Positions 29,384-38,712 of a stretch of DNA of 64,000 bases are shown piece after piece. Source of the stretch: Gaiellales bacterium. GTDB taxonomy: Bacteria; Actinomycetota; Thermoleophilia; Gaiellales; SKUG01. The position numbers were made by a program, and so were the translations under genes. A model generated the notes under the pieces. It made no database searches. It saw nothing but the letters and a program-made list of their open reading frames with translations, and was not told the origin of the DNA. Numbering within the stretch: position 1 is the stretch's first letter; each line of letters opens with the position of its first letter. The stretch is from the NCBI GenBank assembly GCA_038212015.1, contig JBBQUY010000002.1:7313-71312 (forward strand), read 5' to 3'.

Positions 29384-29403
29384 TGCCGCCGCAAGGGGAT
29401 GTC

Positions 29404-29910
29404 ATGTTCAAGGTCAATTGGTCCAATGCGCGTCATCGTGGCGAACCGGCGTTACTCTTTCGCCCCGTTCAGCACGTTCCCGCGAGGGTCTGGTACGACG
29501 TCATCGATGCGGTGTTCGCAACCCGACCTGATGAGCTGCTTGCCGAAGGCGAGGAAGATGACGACGCCCCGGCCGGGGGTGACGTATCGACCTCCAGTAC
29601 CCAAGCATTCTTCATCAGGTTGCGAGCGACCGAGAATCCAGACGATGTCGTTTCGCGGATCGAGTCGAGTCGGCCGGACGTTTCATTCGTATTCACCGAC
29701 GAACGCTGGGGGCCGGAGCCGGACAGCGGTTCGATCTCAGTGAAATGGAGCGTGAGCGATCCGCTGGAACTGGAACAGGAAGTACGGTTCTCCACCGATG
29801 TGGTGAGCGAGCCGAGCATCGACAAGAGCGAGGCCCATGAGATCCTCATGGTGGCCGGACGTCGGATGTGGGGTGACAGGCTGGTCAGGCGGCCGGGGTG
29901 GGTGGACTGA
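29404..29910 (+). CDS. Hypothetical protein with atypical (lower-GC, low-GC3) codon usage; likely horizontally acquired
   Basis: ATG 29404 with AAGGGGA upstream. 168 aa. Many A/T-ending codons in a genome that otherwise strongly prefers G/C-ending codons. Its last 13 nt lie inside the left direct repeat. Confidence 0.5.
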   Translation: MFKVNWSNARHRGEPALLFRPVQHVPARVWYDVIDAVFATRPDELLAEGEEDDDAPAGGDVSTSSTQAFFIRLRATENPDDVVSRIESSRPDVSFVFTDERWGPEPDSGSISVKWSVSDPLELEQEVRFSTDVVSEPSIDKSEAHEILMVAGRRMWGDRLVRRPGWVD

Positions 29911-30010
29911 CCGGCTGGCCCGTGCGGTCGAGTCCTTCGCGGAGTTCACAGATAATCTTCGGCGACGCGAAGGCGTCGCGGATCTTGTGCGCGGCGGCGC
30001 TGCGAGTCGC
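29885..30010 (-). pseudogene. Diverged 3' fragment of a DUF455-like gene (remnant homologous to the C-terminus of the 33049-34254 gene)
   Basis: The minus-strand translation ...KIICELREGLDRTGQPVSPPTPAA* parallels ...KMKELREGLDRTGQPVNPPTPAG* of the intact gene. In both copies the stop lies 11 nt before the 47-bp repeat. Confidence 0.35.
29898..29944. repeat. Left copy of a 47-bp imperfect direct repeat (44/47 identical to 33062-33108)
   Basis: gtgggtggactgaccggctggcccgtgcggtcgagtccttcgcggag versus gtgggtggattgaccggctggcccgtgcgatcgagtccctcgcggag. The repeat contains a palindromic hairpin (ggactgaccg...cggtcgagtcc). Confidence 0.6.
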
Positions 30011-30157
30011 ACGGGCGGCAACGGCAGCGACGACGTTGTGGAGTTCGACGCCGGGACTACCGTAGAAGCTGCTTCCTCTCGGAACCGCCAACAGGCCCAC
30101 GCCGGTCTACCGGCGCGAATGTCGCGCCGGGCGTTGACGGGAAGGAGGTGAGGGCCG

Positions 30158-30232
30158 ATGGATCCGTTTTCGCGGATCTGCGTTCTGCTCGTGCTCGTAG
30201 CATTCGTGCTGCTCGCGGCAGGTAGGGCGTAG
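30158..30232 (+). CDS. 24-codon hydrophobic peptide ORF (MDPFSRICVLLVLVAFVLLAAGRA)
   Basis: AAGGAGGTGA lies 7 nt upstream of the ATG. The ORF sits in a lower-GC intergenic stretch within the putative inserted module. It could be a small membrane peptide, a type I toxin or a leader peptide. Confidence 0.3.
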   Translation: MDPFSRICVLLVLVAFVLLAAGRA

Positions 30233-30405
30233 CTCTGAACCCAGACGGCCTCGAGGGAACTTGGCGGTGAACTCGAGGTCGTCGTATGACTACCGTACCC
30301 CATCGGTCAGACCCGGCAACGCCTTGAGCACGGCGGTCGGGGCCGTCTGAGCCAACGGGTGCCGACGTCGGTACGAAATGGCGCGCGGGGGTAGGAGCGG
30401 TCGGA

Positions 30406-30978
30406 ATGTCCGAAGCGCGTCTCCGTCATCTCATCCAGCCATTTCTGCTGCTGCTCGCGTGCTTCGTCGCGCAGGGCGCGTGGTGGTTGATGACCGTGCT
30501 CGCCGTCGCCGCAACGCTCGCGTTCATCGTCGACGATGCGGCCACGGAATCACGCAGTCTCGTCGACGTGCTGCTGGACGGCTCGTTCGACGTCGGCGGC
30601 GTGTCCGGATCGGTGCTGCAATGGGTGCTCGTGGTCACCGTCGTCGGGGGCCTGCTGCTGCTGGCGGGGACGTTCGTGGTTCCGATCCTGCTGCGGATCT
30701 TCGTACGGGTGATCTGTGGCGCGCGCATCAGCTACGCGTGGGCGCTCATCGCGAACCTCGCGAGCTGGATCCTGCTGATCGCACTGACGGCGCTGCTGTG
30801 GGCGATCCCGGGGACGCAGCCGCTGGCGATCTTCGTGACCTGGATCGGATCGAGCCTCGTCACCGCGATGCTGCTCTATCCGCACATGCGCGTCAGGCAG
30901 CGTGCCGACGTGATCGAGCCGGCCTCGGAGCCGCACCAGCTTTCCACCGACACCGACATCGAACGAAAGGCAACCTGA
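30406..30978 (+). CDS. Polytopic membrane protein (about 4 TM), flotillin-associated
   Basis: AGGAG RBS. 190 aa. The stop lies 1 nt before the flotillin GTG start, so the two are translationally coupled, like NfeD-flotillin pairs. Confidence 0.55.
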   Translation: MSEARLRHLIQPFLLLLACFVAQGAWWLMTVLAVAATLAFIVDDAATESRSLVDVLLDGSFDVGGVSGSVLQWVLVVTVVGGLLLLAGTFVVPILLRIFVRVICGARISYAWALIANLASWILLIALTALLWAIPGTQPLAIFVTWIGSSLVTAMLLYPHMRVRQRADVIEPASEPHQLSTDTDIERKAT

Positions 30979-30979
30979 C

Positions 30980-33022
30980 GTGGTCGTACTCACCTTCATC
31001 GCCGTGGCGATCCTCGCTGCGCTCCTGATCGGCATGGTGACCTGGCGCGCGCTGTATCGCGTTCCCGCAGCCGACGAGGCGCTCGTCATTACCGGAGCAG
31101 GAGCCCATCCGACCAAGGAATTCCGGGCCAAGCTCGAAGCGGAGCGAGCGGCAAAGGCGCAGCTTTCCGACTCGGAGGACCTGATCGCGATCGAAGCTGC
31201 GCGGATCGTGGATCCTGTCGAGCTGGACCCCGAGTTCAAGATCGTCGTCGGCAAGGGAGTCGTGCTGCGCCCCGGGCAGCGGATGGTGCGCATGAGCCTC
31301 GCGTCCGAGAGCGCCGCGATCTCGATCGCCAACGTGCCGACCGTGCAGGGCATGACGATCGGCGTCGATGCGGTCGTCATCTACAAGGTGGGTGACAACC
31401 CGTCGATGATCGCGCGCGCGGCGCGGCGATTCTCGAGCAACAAGGTCTGGACCGAGATGGTCAAGGACGTGCTCGAAGGACACCTTCGCGCGGTAGTCGG
31501 CACGATGTCACTCAAGGACATCTGGCAGAACCGCGAGCAGCTCGCAACGACCGTCTCGCAGGCATGCGGCCACGACCTCTCGCGGCTCGGTCTGCACATC
31601 GACAGCTTCGGCGTGAAGCACATCGACGATTCGTCCGGATACATCGACAACATCGGTGCGGAGGAGAAGGCGACCGCGGAACGTGACGCCAAGATCGCTC
31701 GTGCCAACGCGCTGCGCGAGTCGGCGCAGGCCGAGGCACAGGCGGCGGCGCTCACGTCCGAGGCGCAGGCGGAATCCGAGATTCGCCAGGCCGAGGTGCG
31801 AGCCAACGCCGAGCGTGCGGCTGCGACCGCTGCACAGGCCGGCCCGCTCGCCGAGGCCAAGGCCAGGCAGGCGGTCATCGAGGAGGAGACGCGCAACGCG
31901 GCGCTCGGCGCGCAGCTGAAGGAGCAGGAGCTGCAGGCAACCGTCTACAAGGAAGCCGACGCCCAGAAGTACCGCACCGTCAAGGAAGCGGAGGCTGCGC
32001 GGGAGAGCTCGATCGCGCGCGCCGAAGCCGAAGCTGCGTCGGTGCAGCGTGCGGCTGAAGCCGCAGCCAACGCCACGCGCCTGAGTGCGGAGGCCGAGGC
32101 GCAGGGCATGCGCATGCGCGCCGAGGCCGAACAGGCCCAGGGCGAGGCCCAGGCAGCAGCCGAGAAGGCGAAGGGCCTTGCCGCTGCCGAGGTCGTGCGG
32201 CAGACCGGTCTGTCGGAGGCGGAGGTCGTGCGCCAGCACGGTCTGGCCGAGGCCGACGCGGTCCAGGCCCAGGGTGACGCGCTCGCGTCCAACCAGGAGC
32301 CGATGATCCGCAAGGCGCTCGTCGACAGCCTGCCGATGGTCGTGGCGGCGAACTCCGAGGCCTACAGCCGGGTCGGTTCGCTGACGGTGCTCGACGGCAT
32401 GGACGGCATCGGCGACGGGCTCTCCAAGACGATGGCCGGTGCGATGGCGTTCATCCCGCAGGTGATGAGCGCCGTGCGCGGCGGCGGCGATGACGGAGGC
32501 GCCGACGGCGGCGGCTGGGGCGTGCTGCCTCCGTCACCGGCTCCCGGCGGCGGCGGCCCGGGGGCGGGCTCACCACGGGCTGGTGACTCGTCCGGTCCGG
32601 GCTCCGGAACTGCGCCGGTCACCGCGCCGACGGGGACGGTTCCGCCGCGAGGCGCGACCTCGGATGCGACGTCGACGACGCTGCGTGCGGACGTGCGCTC
32701 GGGCTTCGACGAGGCACTTGCGCGCACGCGCGAAGGAATCGACGATGCAACTGCGAGGTCACAGGCCCAGCGCGATCGCATCGCGGCGGCTCGTCGCGTG
32801 GAGGATCCCGCAGCGCTGGCGCGTCAGGCCGCGGCGACGGGCACGGCCGTGTTCGTAGACGCCGAAAAGCTGGCTGACGAGGCAGTGGATGCCGGTGGCG
32901 AGCTGTTCGACCGCGGCATCGATCTGGTCGACGGCGGACTCGATGCAACGGAAGCCGCGATCGACCGGGCCGAACGCATCGCCGATCGAGTCGGCAACCT
33001 GCGCGGACGATTCAGGAAGTGA
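30980..33022 (+). CDS. Flotillin-family SPFH/band-7 protein with a long Ala/Glu-rich coiled coil and a Gly/Pro-rich C-terminal extension
   Basis: N-terminal TM plus an SPFH domain (VVGKGVVLRPGQ..., VDAVVIYKV). Extended AEAEAQ heptad-like repeats. 680 aa. Confidence 0.8.
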   Translation: MVVLTFIAVAILAALLIGMVTWRALYRVPAADEALVITGAGAHPTKEFRAKLEAERAAKAQLSDSEDLIAIEAARIVDPVELDPEFKIVVGKGVVLRPGQRMVRMSLASESAAISIANVPTVQGMTIGVDAVVIYKVGDNPSMIARAARRFSSNKVWTEMVKDVLEGHLRAVVGTMSLKDIWQNREQLATTVSQACGHDLSRLGLHIDSFGVKHIDDSSGYIDNIGAEEKATAERDAKIARANALRESAQAEAQAAALTSEAQAESEIRQAEVRANAERAAATAAQAGPLAEAKARQAVIEEETRNAALGAQLKEQELQATVYKEADAQKYRTVKEAEAARESSIARAEAEAASVQRAAEAAANATRLSAEAEAQGMRMRAEAEQAQGEAQAAAEKAKGLAAAEVVRQTGLSEAEVVRQHGLAEADAVQAQGDALASNQEPMIRKALVDSLPMVVAANSEAYSRVGSLTVLDGMDGIGDGLSKTMAGAMAFIPQVMSAVRGGGDDGGADGGGWGVLPPSPAPGGGGPGAGSPRAGDSSGPGSGTAPVTAPTGTVPPRGATSDATSTTLRADVRSGFDEALARTREGIDDATARSQAQRDRIAAARRVEDPAALARQAAATGTAVFVDAEKLADEAVDAGGELFDRGIDLVDGGLDATEAAIDRAERIADRVGNLRGRFRK

Positions 33023-33048
33023 CGTCGTTCGTCGGGAGATGCAGGTGA

Positions 33049-34254
33049 TCAGCCCGCTGGTGTGGGTGGATTGACCGGCTGGCCCGTGCGATCGAGTCCC
33101 TCGCGGAGCTCCTTCATCTTCTCGCGGTAGGCAGCGGGATCGCCGCCGAGCAGGTGGGTGCCCCAGCGCACGCCGTTGTGCACGTGCGGCACCTCGTCGG
33201 CGAGCAGGTAGTCGAAGACCTTGGCGACGTTGTGGTGGCCGAGGTCGAGCAGTACCTGGCGGCGATGCGAGTGGCGCCACATGGCTTTCTGCTCGCTCGT
33301 GCCATTGAACAGCAGCAGCCGGCCGACGAGGTCGTAGGCGTAGATCGACTTGAAGTAGTCGAAGCCGATCTCGTAGTCACCCCACGTGCAGCCGAGCTCG
33401 GTCTTCATGAGCACTTCGTGCACGCGGGCGTGGCGCAGCTCGTCCCAGGTCTGGCGAGCCATGTCGACATGGAAGTCCCACGGCATCTCGGGATGCTCGT
33501 GCGAGTTGCGCGCCATCAGTTCGGCGGCGCACAGCTCCGCGTCCATGAGGCCGTGGAAGAAGTGGCGCATCTCCTCGGGCTCGGTCGGCACGTGGTTTTC
33601 GTCGCCGTTGACGTAGAGTTCCTCGCCCAGGAACGGGTCGCCGTCGAGCGTGACGTTCACGAACTCGTCGCGCGCGGGCTCGTCCAGGCGCGGCAGGATC
33701 TGCAGGTCGCGGGTCTCGCGCTTGCGGATCTCGAGCGCGCCGAGGTCCTCGGTGAACGGCTCCTCGGGCGTGATGCTCCAGAACTGGTTGGCGCGCGCGA
33801 CGTGCGCGAGCTGGCGCTTGAGCAGGTGCTCGAGCACGATCTGGGAGACCTCGTCGGTGATCGGATCGACCGCGTCCAGGTGGATCTCGAGCGCCGTGAT
33901 GAGTGCCGGCTTGAGCTGGCCGTAGATCACCTGCGCGAGCTCGGCAGGAGAGGACGCGGTCGCGAGCCGGTCGAGCTGCGCGGCGAGCTCGTCGCTCGGG
34001 GCACCTGGCCAGTCCTCGTTCGCGCGCAATTCGTAGATGCGGCGGCGGACCTTGGTCTGGCCGCGGGCGTCGTCGTGCAGATCCTCGCCGAGCACATACT
34101 TGGCGTGGAACGACGGCTCGAGCGGCAGCCAGCCGTTGCTCCAGTGGATGACCTCGCGCAGCACGTGGAAGTAGTTGCTGAAGCGGGTCGCGTTGTCGTC
34201 GACCGGCAGGCCGAGCTTGAGCGGATTGGGATCGTCGAACGGAATGATCGGCAT
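33049..34254 (-). CDS. Ferritin-like domain protein (DUF455-like)
   Basis: Start ATG 34254 (MPIIPFDDPNPLKLG) chosen. ExxH-type pairs (AELMARNSHEH, WDELRHARVHE) suggest a di-iron ferritin-like fold. Native high-GC3 codon usage. Confidence 0.5.
   Translation of the reverse strand: MPIIPFDDPNPLKLGLPVDDNATRFSNYFHVLREVIHWSNGWLPLEPSFHAKYVLGEDLHDDARGQTKVRRRIYELRANEDWPGAPSDELAAQLDRLATASSPAELAQVIYGQLKPALITALEIHLDAVDPITDEVSQIVLEHLLKRQLAHVARANQFWSITPEEPFTEDLGALEIRKRETRDLQILPRLDEPARDEFVNVTLDGDPFLGEELYVNGDENHVPTEPEEMRHFFHGLMDAELCAAELMARNSHEHPEMPWDFHVDMARQTWDELRHARVHEVLMKTELGCTWGDYEIGFDYFKSIYAYDLVGRLLLFNGTSEQKAMWRHSHRRQVLLDLGHHNVAKVFDYLLADEVPHVHNGVRWGTHLLGGDPAAYREKMKELREGLDRTGQPVNPPTPAG
33062..33108. repeat. 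Right copy of the 47-bp imperfect direct repeat
   Basis: See the left copy. It is preceded by a diverged remnant of the 29404-29910 gene's C-terminus (...PLVWVD* versus ...RPGWVD*). Confidence 0.6.
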
Positions 34255-34528
34255 GGAAGCGATTCTAGCGACGAACGGGTGCGGTCGACTTCGGTTTTTC
34301 CGCATACGGGAGCTGATCGTGGATCGTTGTGCCACCTGGTCCATGATCGCGCTCTGTTCGGTGCACATCGTGGACCGAGTGGCGGCTGCTGGCGCACTGC
34401 GTCCAGGATCACGCCCAGAACGAGCACGATCGTGGGCGCAGTCCACCCGCGGAACCTGAAACGGGCTGGCCCGGCGCTTCGACATTCAGGTATGCGCGGC
34501 TGGGGACGCTGCGTGGGGGACCAGGGGG

Positions 34529-35662
34529 ATGTGCGACGTGCCGGGAACGGTGACGACGATGCCGACGATGCTGAATGCGGGTGTGCCCGTGGCTGCGAGC
34601 GCGCCTGCAGTCGATCCGTTCGCCATCGACACGCCCGACAACCTGTTCGCGCCGTCGGAGTGGACGCTCCCCACCGAGCCGACGCCCGTGGTGCCACGAT
34701 TTCCGATGTTCGCGCAGGACCCGCGAGCGGCCGAGGTGGTGCACGCCGGTGGTGAGTTCGTGCCGCGCGCGCCGATGACGTCGACCGAGCCGATGACGCC
34801 GAGCGCTCCACCTGCACTGGATGCGCCGTCGACGCCGGGCATCAACGAGGTCGGGCCGGAGGTCGGCACGCAGGACGGGCTCATTCCAGCGCCGGGGTCG
34901 AACGGCATCCAGGTCGGCGGACTGAACTTCAATCTGTACGGGGGGCTCATTGCGGCTGGCGGTCTCGCCGGTGGCGCGGTGGCACTGCATTCGATGAAGG
35001 CGGCTGGCGTGAACACCGCCGGCATCGGCAAGGTGCTCGGACCGGCGGTCGTGGCGGGCCTGGTCGGCGCGCGGCTGTACCACGTCGCGACGCAGTGGGA
35101 CTACTACAAGGACCACAAGTCCGAGATCCCCAAGATGTGGGAAGGCGGGATGGCGATCTACGGCGGGCTCATGGCGGGCACCGCCGTCGGCGCGGTCCTC
35201 GCGCGGCGCGCCGGTCTGCCGATCGCCCCGCTGCTGGACGCTGCTGCGATCGGCCTCCCGCTCGCGCAGGCCGTCGGTCGCTGGGGCAACTACGCCAACC
35301 AGGAACTCTTTGGCAAGCCGACCGACAAGCCGTGGGGCCTGCAGGTCGATCCGGAGCATCGCCCCGCGGAATACAAGGACCGCAACAGCTTCCACCCGAC
35401 GTTCCTGTACGAGTCGCTGTGGAACGCAGGACTTGCCGTCGGCACCTTCGCGCTCAGCAAGACATGGAAGGGCCGCCCGCCCGGCATGCTCTTCGCAACG
35501 TATCTCGGCGGGTACGCCGTCGGCCGCTTCATCGTCGAGGGCATCCGCACGGATCCGTCGAAGGAAGCCGGCGGACTGCGCACGAACCAGTGGACGTCGC
35601 TCGGCATGCTCGGCGCAGCCGGTGCTGGCGCGCTGCTGCTCGCGCGCCACGCGCGCGGCTGA
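34529..35662 (+). CDS. lgt: Prolipoprotein diacylglyceryl transferase with an N-terminal Pro/Thr/Ala-rich extension
   Basis: Core motifs GARLYHV, WEGGMAIYGG, GRWGNYANQELFGKPT..PWGL and FHPTFLYESLWN are present. The first TM begins at about residue 125. The in-frame start is ambiguous (ATG 34529, 34775 or 34793). Confidence 0.8.
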   Translation: MCDVPGTVTTMPTMLNAGVPVAASAPAVDPFAIDTPDNLFAPSEWTLPTEPTPVVPRFPMFAQDPRAAEVVHAGGEFVPRAPMTSTEPMTPSAPPALDAPSTPGINEVGPEVGTQDGLIPAPGSNGIQVGGLNFNLYGGLIAAGGLAGGAVALHSMKAAGVNTAGIGKVLGPAVVAGLVGARLYHVATQWDYYKDHKSEIPKMWEGGMAIYGGLMAGTAVGAVLARRAGLPIAPLLDAAAIGLPLAQAVGRWGNYANQELFGKPTDKPWGLQVDPEHRPAEYKDRNSFHPTFLYESLWNAGLAVGTFALSKTWKGRPPGMLFATYLGGYAVGRFIVEGIRTDPSKEAGGLRTNQWTSLGMLGAAGAGALLLARHARG

Positions 35663-35665
35663 CGG

Positions 35666-37099
35666 TCAGGCCCGCGCAACCGACACGCACGGGAGCAGGC
35701 CGCCGCCGGCTGACACGTTGATGACCGGCTCGGTGGAGATGCGGGTGATCATGCCGGCGTAACGCCCGCCGATCGCGAACGGGTTGATGTTGAAGTGGCG
35801 CTCGCGCACGACGAGGCGACCGTCCTCGATCGCCGGGAAGCGACCGGTCGGAACCTCGAGGTACTGCTGCACGATCCAGTCGCCGGTGCCGGCGTGCGCG
35901 AACACGATCGCGTCCCACTGGTGCTGCGGCGTGTTCAGGCCCAGGTGCACGTTGTGGCCGCCGTAGTCGGACGCCGGCTTGAGCACGAGTCGTTCCCGAT
36001 GGGCGCTCACGAACGACGGCAGGTCGCCGGCGGCGCCGTCCGGCAGTGACGAGCCGCCGGTGGCGAGGATGCGCGTCCACGGGATGCACTCGCGCACGAC
36101 GCGGCGCTCCTCGTCGTCGGCGAGCAGGTGCGCGAACTCCGGCGCGCCCACGAGCGCGAGCAGCTTCTTGTTGTTCGCCACGCGCGCGGGGAACGGATTG
36201 AGCATCGCCACCGCGCCCTCGCGTACCGCGGCGATGAGCGCCGATGCGCCTGGGCTCGCGTGGGGGTCGAGGATGTCCTCCACCAACGCACGGCGATACA
36301 CGACGTCGATCGGGCGATCGTGTGCGGAGAGGCGACCATCGATGCGCGCGAGATCATCCAGGCTCGCCCAGCTTGCCTCGAACCCGGCCGCTTCGAGCGC
36401 GTCGCAGATGATCCTGAACTCGGGAACGCTCGGACTGTTGGCGGTGTCGACGAGCACCGCGCGCGGTCGCTCACACTCGGCGGGGATGCCGAGCGCGCGA
36501 CCCGGGCCCTCGGGTCCGGTCGTCCACTCGCGCCAGCGCGCTTCCACGTCGCGTACCGTGTCGACGAGGTGGCCGGTGATGCGCTCGTACGTCACCGTCA
36601 TGCCGCTCTCGGGATCATGCAGCGAGTCGAAGTGCTCGTACAGGCCGTCGAACATGACGTCGGTGTAGCCGATCCCGGCCGGGCTCTCGGCGTTGAATTC
36701 CAAAAACAGCACCTCCCCGTCCGGCATCAGGAACGCATCCAGGCGACACAGCTGCAGCGGATCGTCGAGCGTCGGCTCGATGCGGATCAGGTCGGCTTCA
36801 GCCGGCGGCAGGTCAAGCGCACGGCGCAGCACAAGATCGGTCCGGTACGCGCTGCAGAAGCGATCGAGCACGCGCGTGAGGACCTCGACGACGTGGCGCA
36901 CGCGCGCCATCGTGGGCGCGTCGAGACAATGCGGTGCCATCACGAACGGGATCGGGTGCCCCGCGAACACGACATCGTGGTCGACCATCCACGCGAGTAT
37001 GCGATCGGCGAACTCCCCGAGCCCGGCACCGCTGAGATCTTCGAGTTTGCCGAAGTGCCGCTTCGCGAACGCGTCGAGCAGTTCGTCGTCGGACGTCAC
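35666..37099 (-). CDS. Glutathionylspermidine synthase family ATP-grasp protein (YgiC/YjfC-like)
   Basis: GTG 37099 overlaps the guaA stop (GTGA). Segments [49 protein letters not shown] and [15 protein letters not shown] align by eye with E. coli YgiC. Confidence 0.7.
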   Translation of the reverse strand: MTSDDELLDAFAKRHFGKLEDLSGAGLGEFADRILAWMVDHDVVFAGHPIPFVMAPHCLDAPTMARVRHVVEVLTRVLDRFCSAYRTDLVLRRALDLPPAEADLIRIEPTLDDPLQLCRLDAFLMPDGEVLFLEFNAESPAGIGYTDVMFDGLYEHFDSLHDPESGMTVTYERITGHLVDTVRDVEARWREWTTGPEGPGRALGIPAECERPRAVLVDTANSPSVPEFRIICDALEAAGFEASWASLDDLARIDGRLSAHDRPIDVVYRRALVEDILDPHASPGASALIAAVREGAVAMLNPFPARVANNKKLLALVGAPEFAHLLADDEERRVVRECIPWTRILATGGSSLPDGAAGDLPSFVSAHRERLVLKPASDYGGHNVHLGLNTPQHQWDAIVFAHAGTGDWIVQQYLEVPTGRFPAIEDGRLVVRERHFNINPFAIGGRYAGMITRISTEPVINVSAGGGLLPCVSVARA

Positions 37100-38709
37100 T
37101 CCCACTCGATCGTCCCGGGCGGCTTGGACGTGACATCGACCAGCACGCGATTGACGCCCGTGACCTCCCCGACGATCCGCGTGGAGATCTTCGCGAGCAC
37201 CTCGTCCGGGATGCGCGCCCAGTCGGCGGTCATCGCATCGTCGCTCGTGACGGCACGGATCACGATCGGGTGCGCATACGTTCGGGCATCGCCCTGCACG
37301 CCCACCGATCGCACGTCGGCGAGCAGCACCGTGAAGTACTGCCAGATCGCCTGGTCGAGGCCGGCGGCGGCGATCTCCGCGCGCAGGATCGAGTCGGCCG
37401 CGCGGACGATGCCGACGCGCTCGCGATCGACCGCACCGATGATGCGGATCCCGAGGCCCGGGCCGGGGAACGGCTGGCGCCAGACCATCGCATGCGGAAG
37501 TCCGAGCGCCTCGCCGACGCGGCGGGCCTCGTCCTTGAACAGCAGTCGCAGCGGCTCGACGAGCTCCAGTTCCATGTCGTCGGGCAGGCCACCCACGTTG
37601 TGATGGCTCTTGATGTTGGACGCCACGCCGGCCTCGCCGCCGCTTTCGATGACGTCCGAGTACAGCGTGCCCTGCACCAGGTACTGCACGGGCTCGCCAC
37701 CGTCGGTCGCGATGCGTGCGGCTTCCGCCTCGAACGTGCGGATGAACGTCTCGCCGATGATGCTGCGCTTCTCCTCGGGATCGTCGACACCCGCGAGCAG
37801 GCCCAGGAAGCGATCGGCGGCATCGACGTGCACGAGCGGGAGGTGGAAACGGTTCTCCATCGTGGCGACGACCTGTTCGGCCTCGCCTTCGCGCAGCAGG
37901 CCGTGGTCGACGAACACGCACGTCAGCCGGTCGCCGACCGCACGGTGCACGAGCATCGCCGCGACCGACGAATCCACGCCGCCCGACAGTGCGCACAGCA
38001 CGCGGCCGGTGTCGCCGACCTGTGCGCGGATGCGCTCGACGGCTTCCTCGATCACGTGCTCGGGATCCCAGCCGTCGGGCGCGTCGGCGATCTCGCGCAC
38101 GAAGCGCTCGAGCACCGCCTGCCCGCTCGGCGTGTGCACGACTTCGGGATGGAACTGCAGGCCGTACAGCTTGCGTTCGCGGTCTTCGAACGCCGCGATC
38201 GGCGTCTGGTCGGTGGTCGCGGTGACGACCGCGCCCGGAGGAGCGACCGTGACGGCATCACGGTGGCTCATCCAGACGGTCTCGACGTCGTCGAGCCCGT
38301 TGAGGAGCTCGCCGCCGTCGCCGCCACGTGCGAGCTGCGTGCCGCCGTATTCGGCGTTGCCGGTCTTCGCGACCTCGCCTCCCAGGTCGCGCGCCATCAG
38401 CTGCATGCCGTAGCAGATGCCGAGCGTGGGAACGCCGAGCTCGAACAGTGCGGGGTCGACGGTCGGCGCGCCGGGCTCGTACACGCTCGCGGGTCCGCCC
38501 GAGAGGATGATCGCGCTCGGCTTGAGCGCGCGCAGCTCGTCGGCGGTGATGGTGCCGCGGACGACCTCCGAGAACGTGCCCATGTCGCGGACGCGGCGTG
38601 CGATGAGCCGCGCGTACTGCCCGCCCAGGTCGAGCACCACCACTGGATGGTCGCGCAGTCCCGCGGCGGTGGTCTCCGGCATGTCAGGCACCGTGGTCGT
38701 CCCCTGCAT
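37096..38709 (-). CDS. guaA: GMP synthase (glutamine-hydrolyzing)
   Basis: GATase domain (GICYGMQ). PP-loop SGGVDSS. C-terminal ...GTIEWE identical in style to E. coli GuaA. Confidence 0.9.
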   Translation of the reverse strand: MQGTTTVPDMPETTAAGLRDHPVVVLDLGGQYARLIARRVRDMGTFSEVVRGTITADELRALKPSAIILSGGPASVYEPGAPTVDPALFELGVPTLGICYGMQLMARDLGGEVAKTGNAEYGGTQLARGGDGGELLNGLDDVETVWMSHRDAVTVAPPGAVVTATTDQTPIAAFEDRERKLYGLQFHPEVVHTPSGQAVLERFVREIADAPDGWDPEHVIEEAVERIRAQVGDTGRVLCALSGGVDSSVAAMLVHRAVGDRLTCVFVDHGLLREGEAEQVVATMENRFHLPLVHVDAADRFLGLLAGVDDPEEKRSIIGETFIRTFEAEAARIATDGGEPVQYLVQGTLYSDVIESGGEAGVASNIKSHHNVGGLPDDMELELVEPLRLLFKDEARRVGEALGLPHAMVWRQPFPGPGLGIRIIGAVDRERVGIVRAADSILRAEIAAAGLDQAIWQYFTVLLADVRSVGVQGDARTYAHPIVIRAVTSDDAMTADWARIPDEVLAKISTRIVGEVTGVNRVLVDVTSKPPGTIEWE

Positions 38710-38712
38710 TCG

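Noticed and set aside
28594-29403. Upstream part of the 438-aa plus ORF overlapping pntB
   Set aside because: Out-of-frame overlap with pntB. Only the segment from ATG 29404 onward is independent and RBS-led.
34440-34500. Third occurrence of the ggctggcccg decamer and an ACCTGAA-N24-TTCAGGT dyad upstream of the DUF455 gene
   Set aside because: The shared 10-mer with the island repeats is short and GC-rich. Chance occurrence in a 70% GC genome cannot be excluded without statistics.
37100-37996. N-terminal 300 residues of the 776-aa minus ORF (Arg/Gly-rich)
   Set aside because: This segment overlaps guaA in another frame. The GSP-synthase homology begins exactly at the GTG that overlaps the guaA stop.
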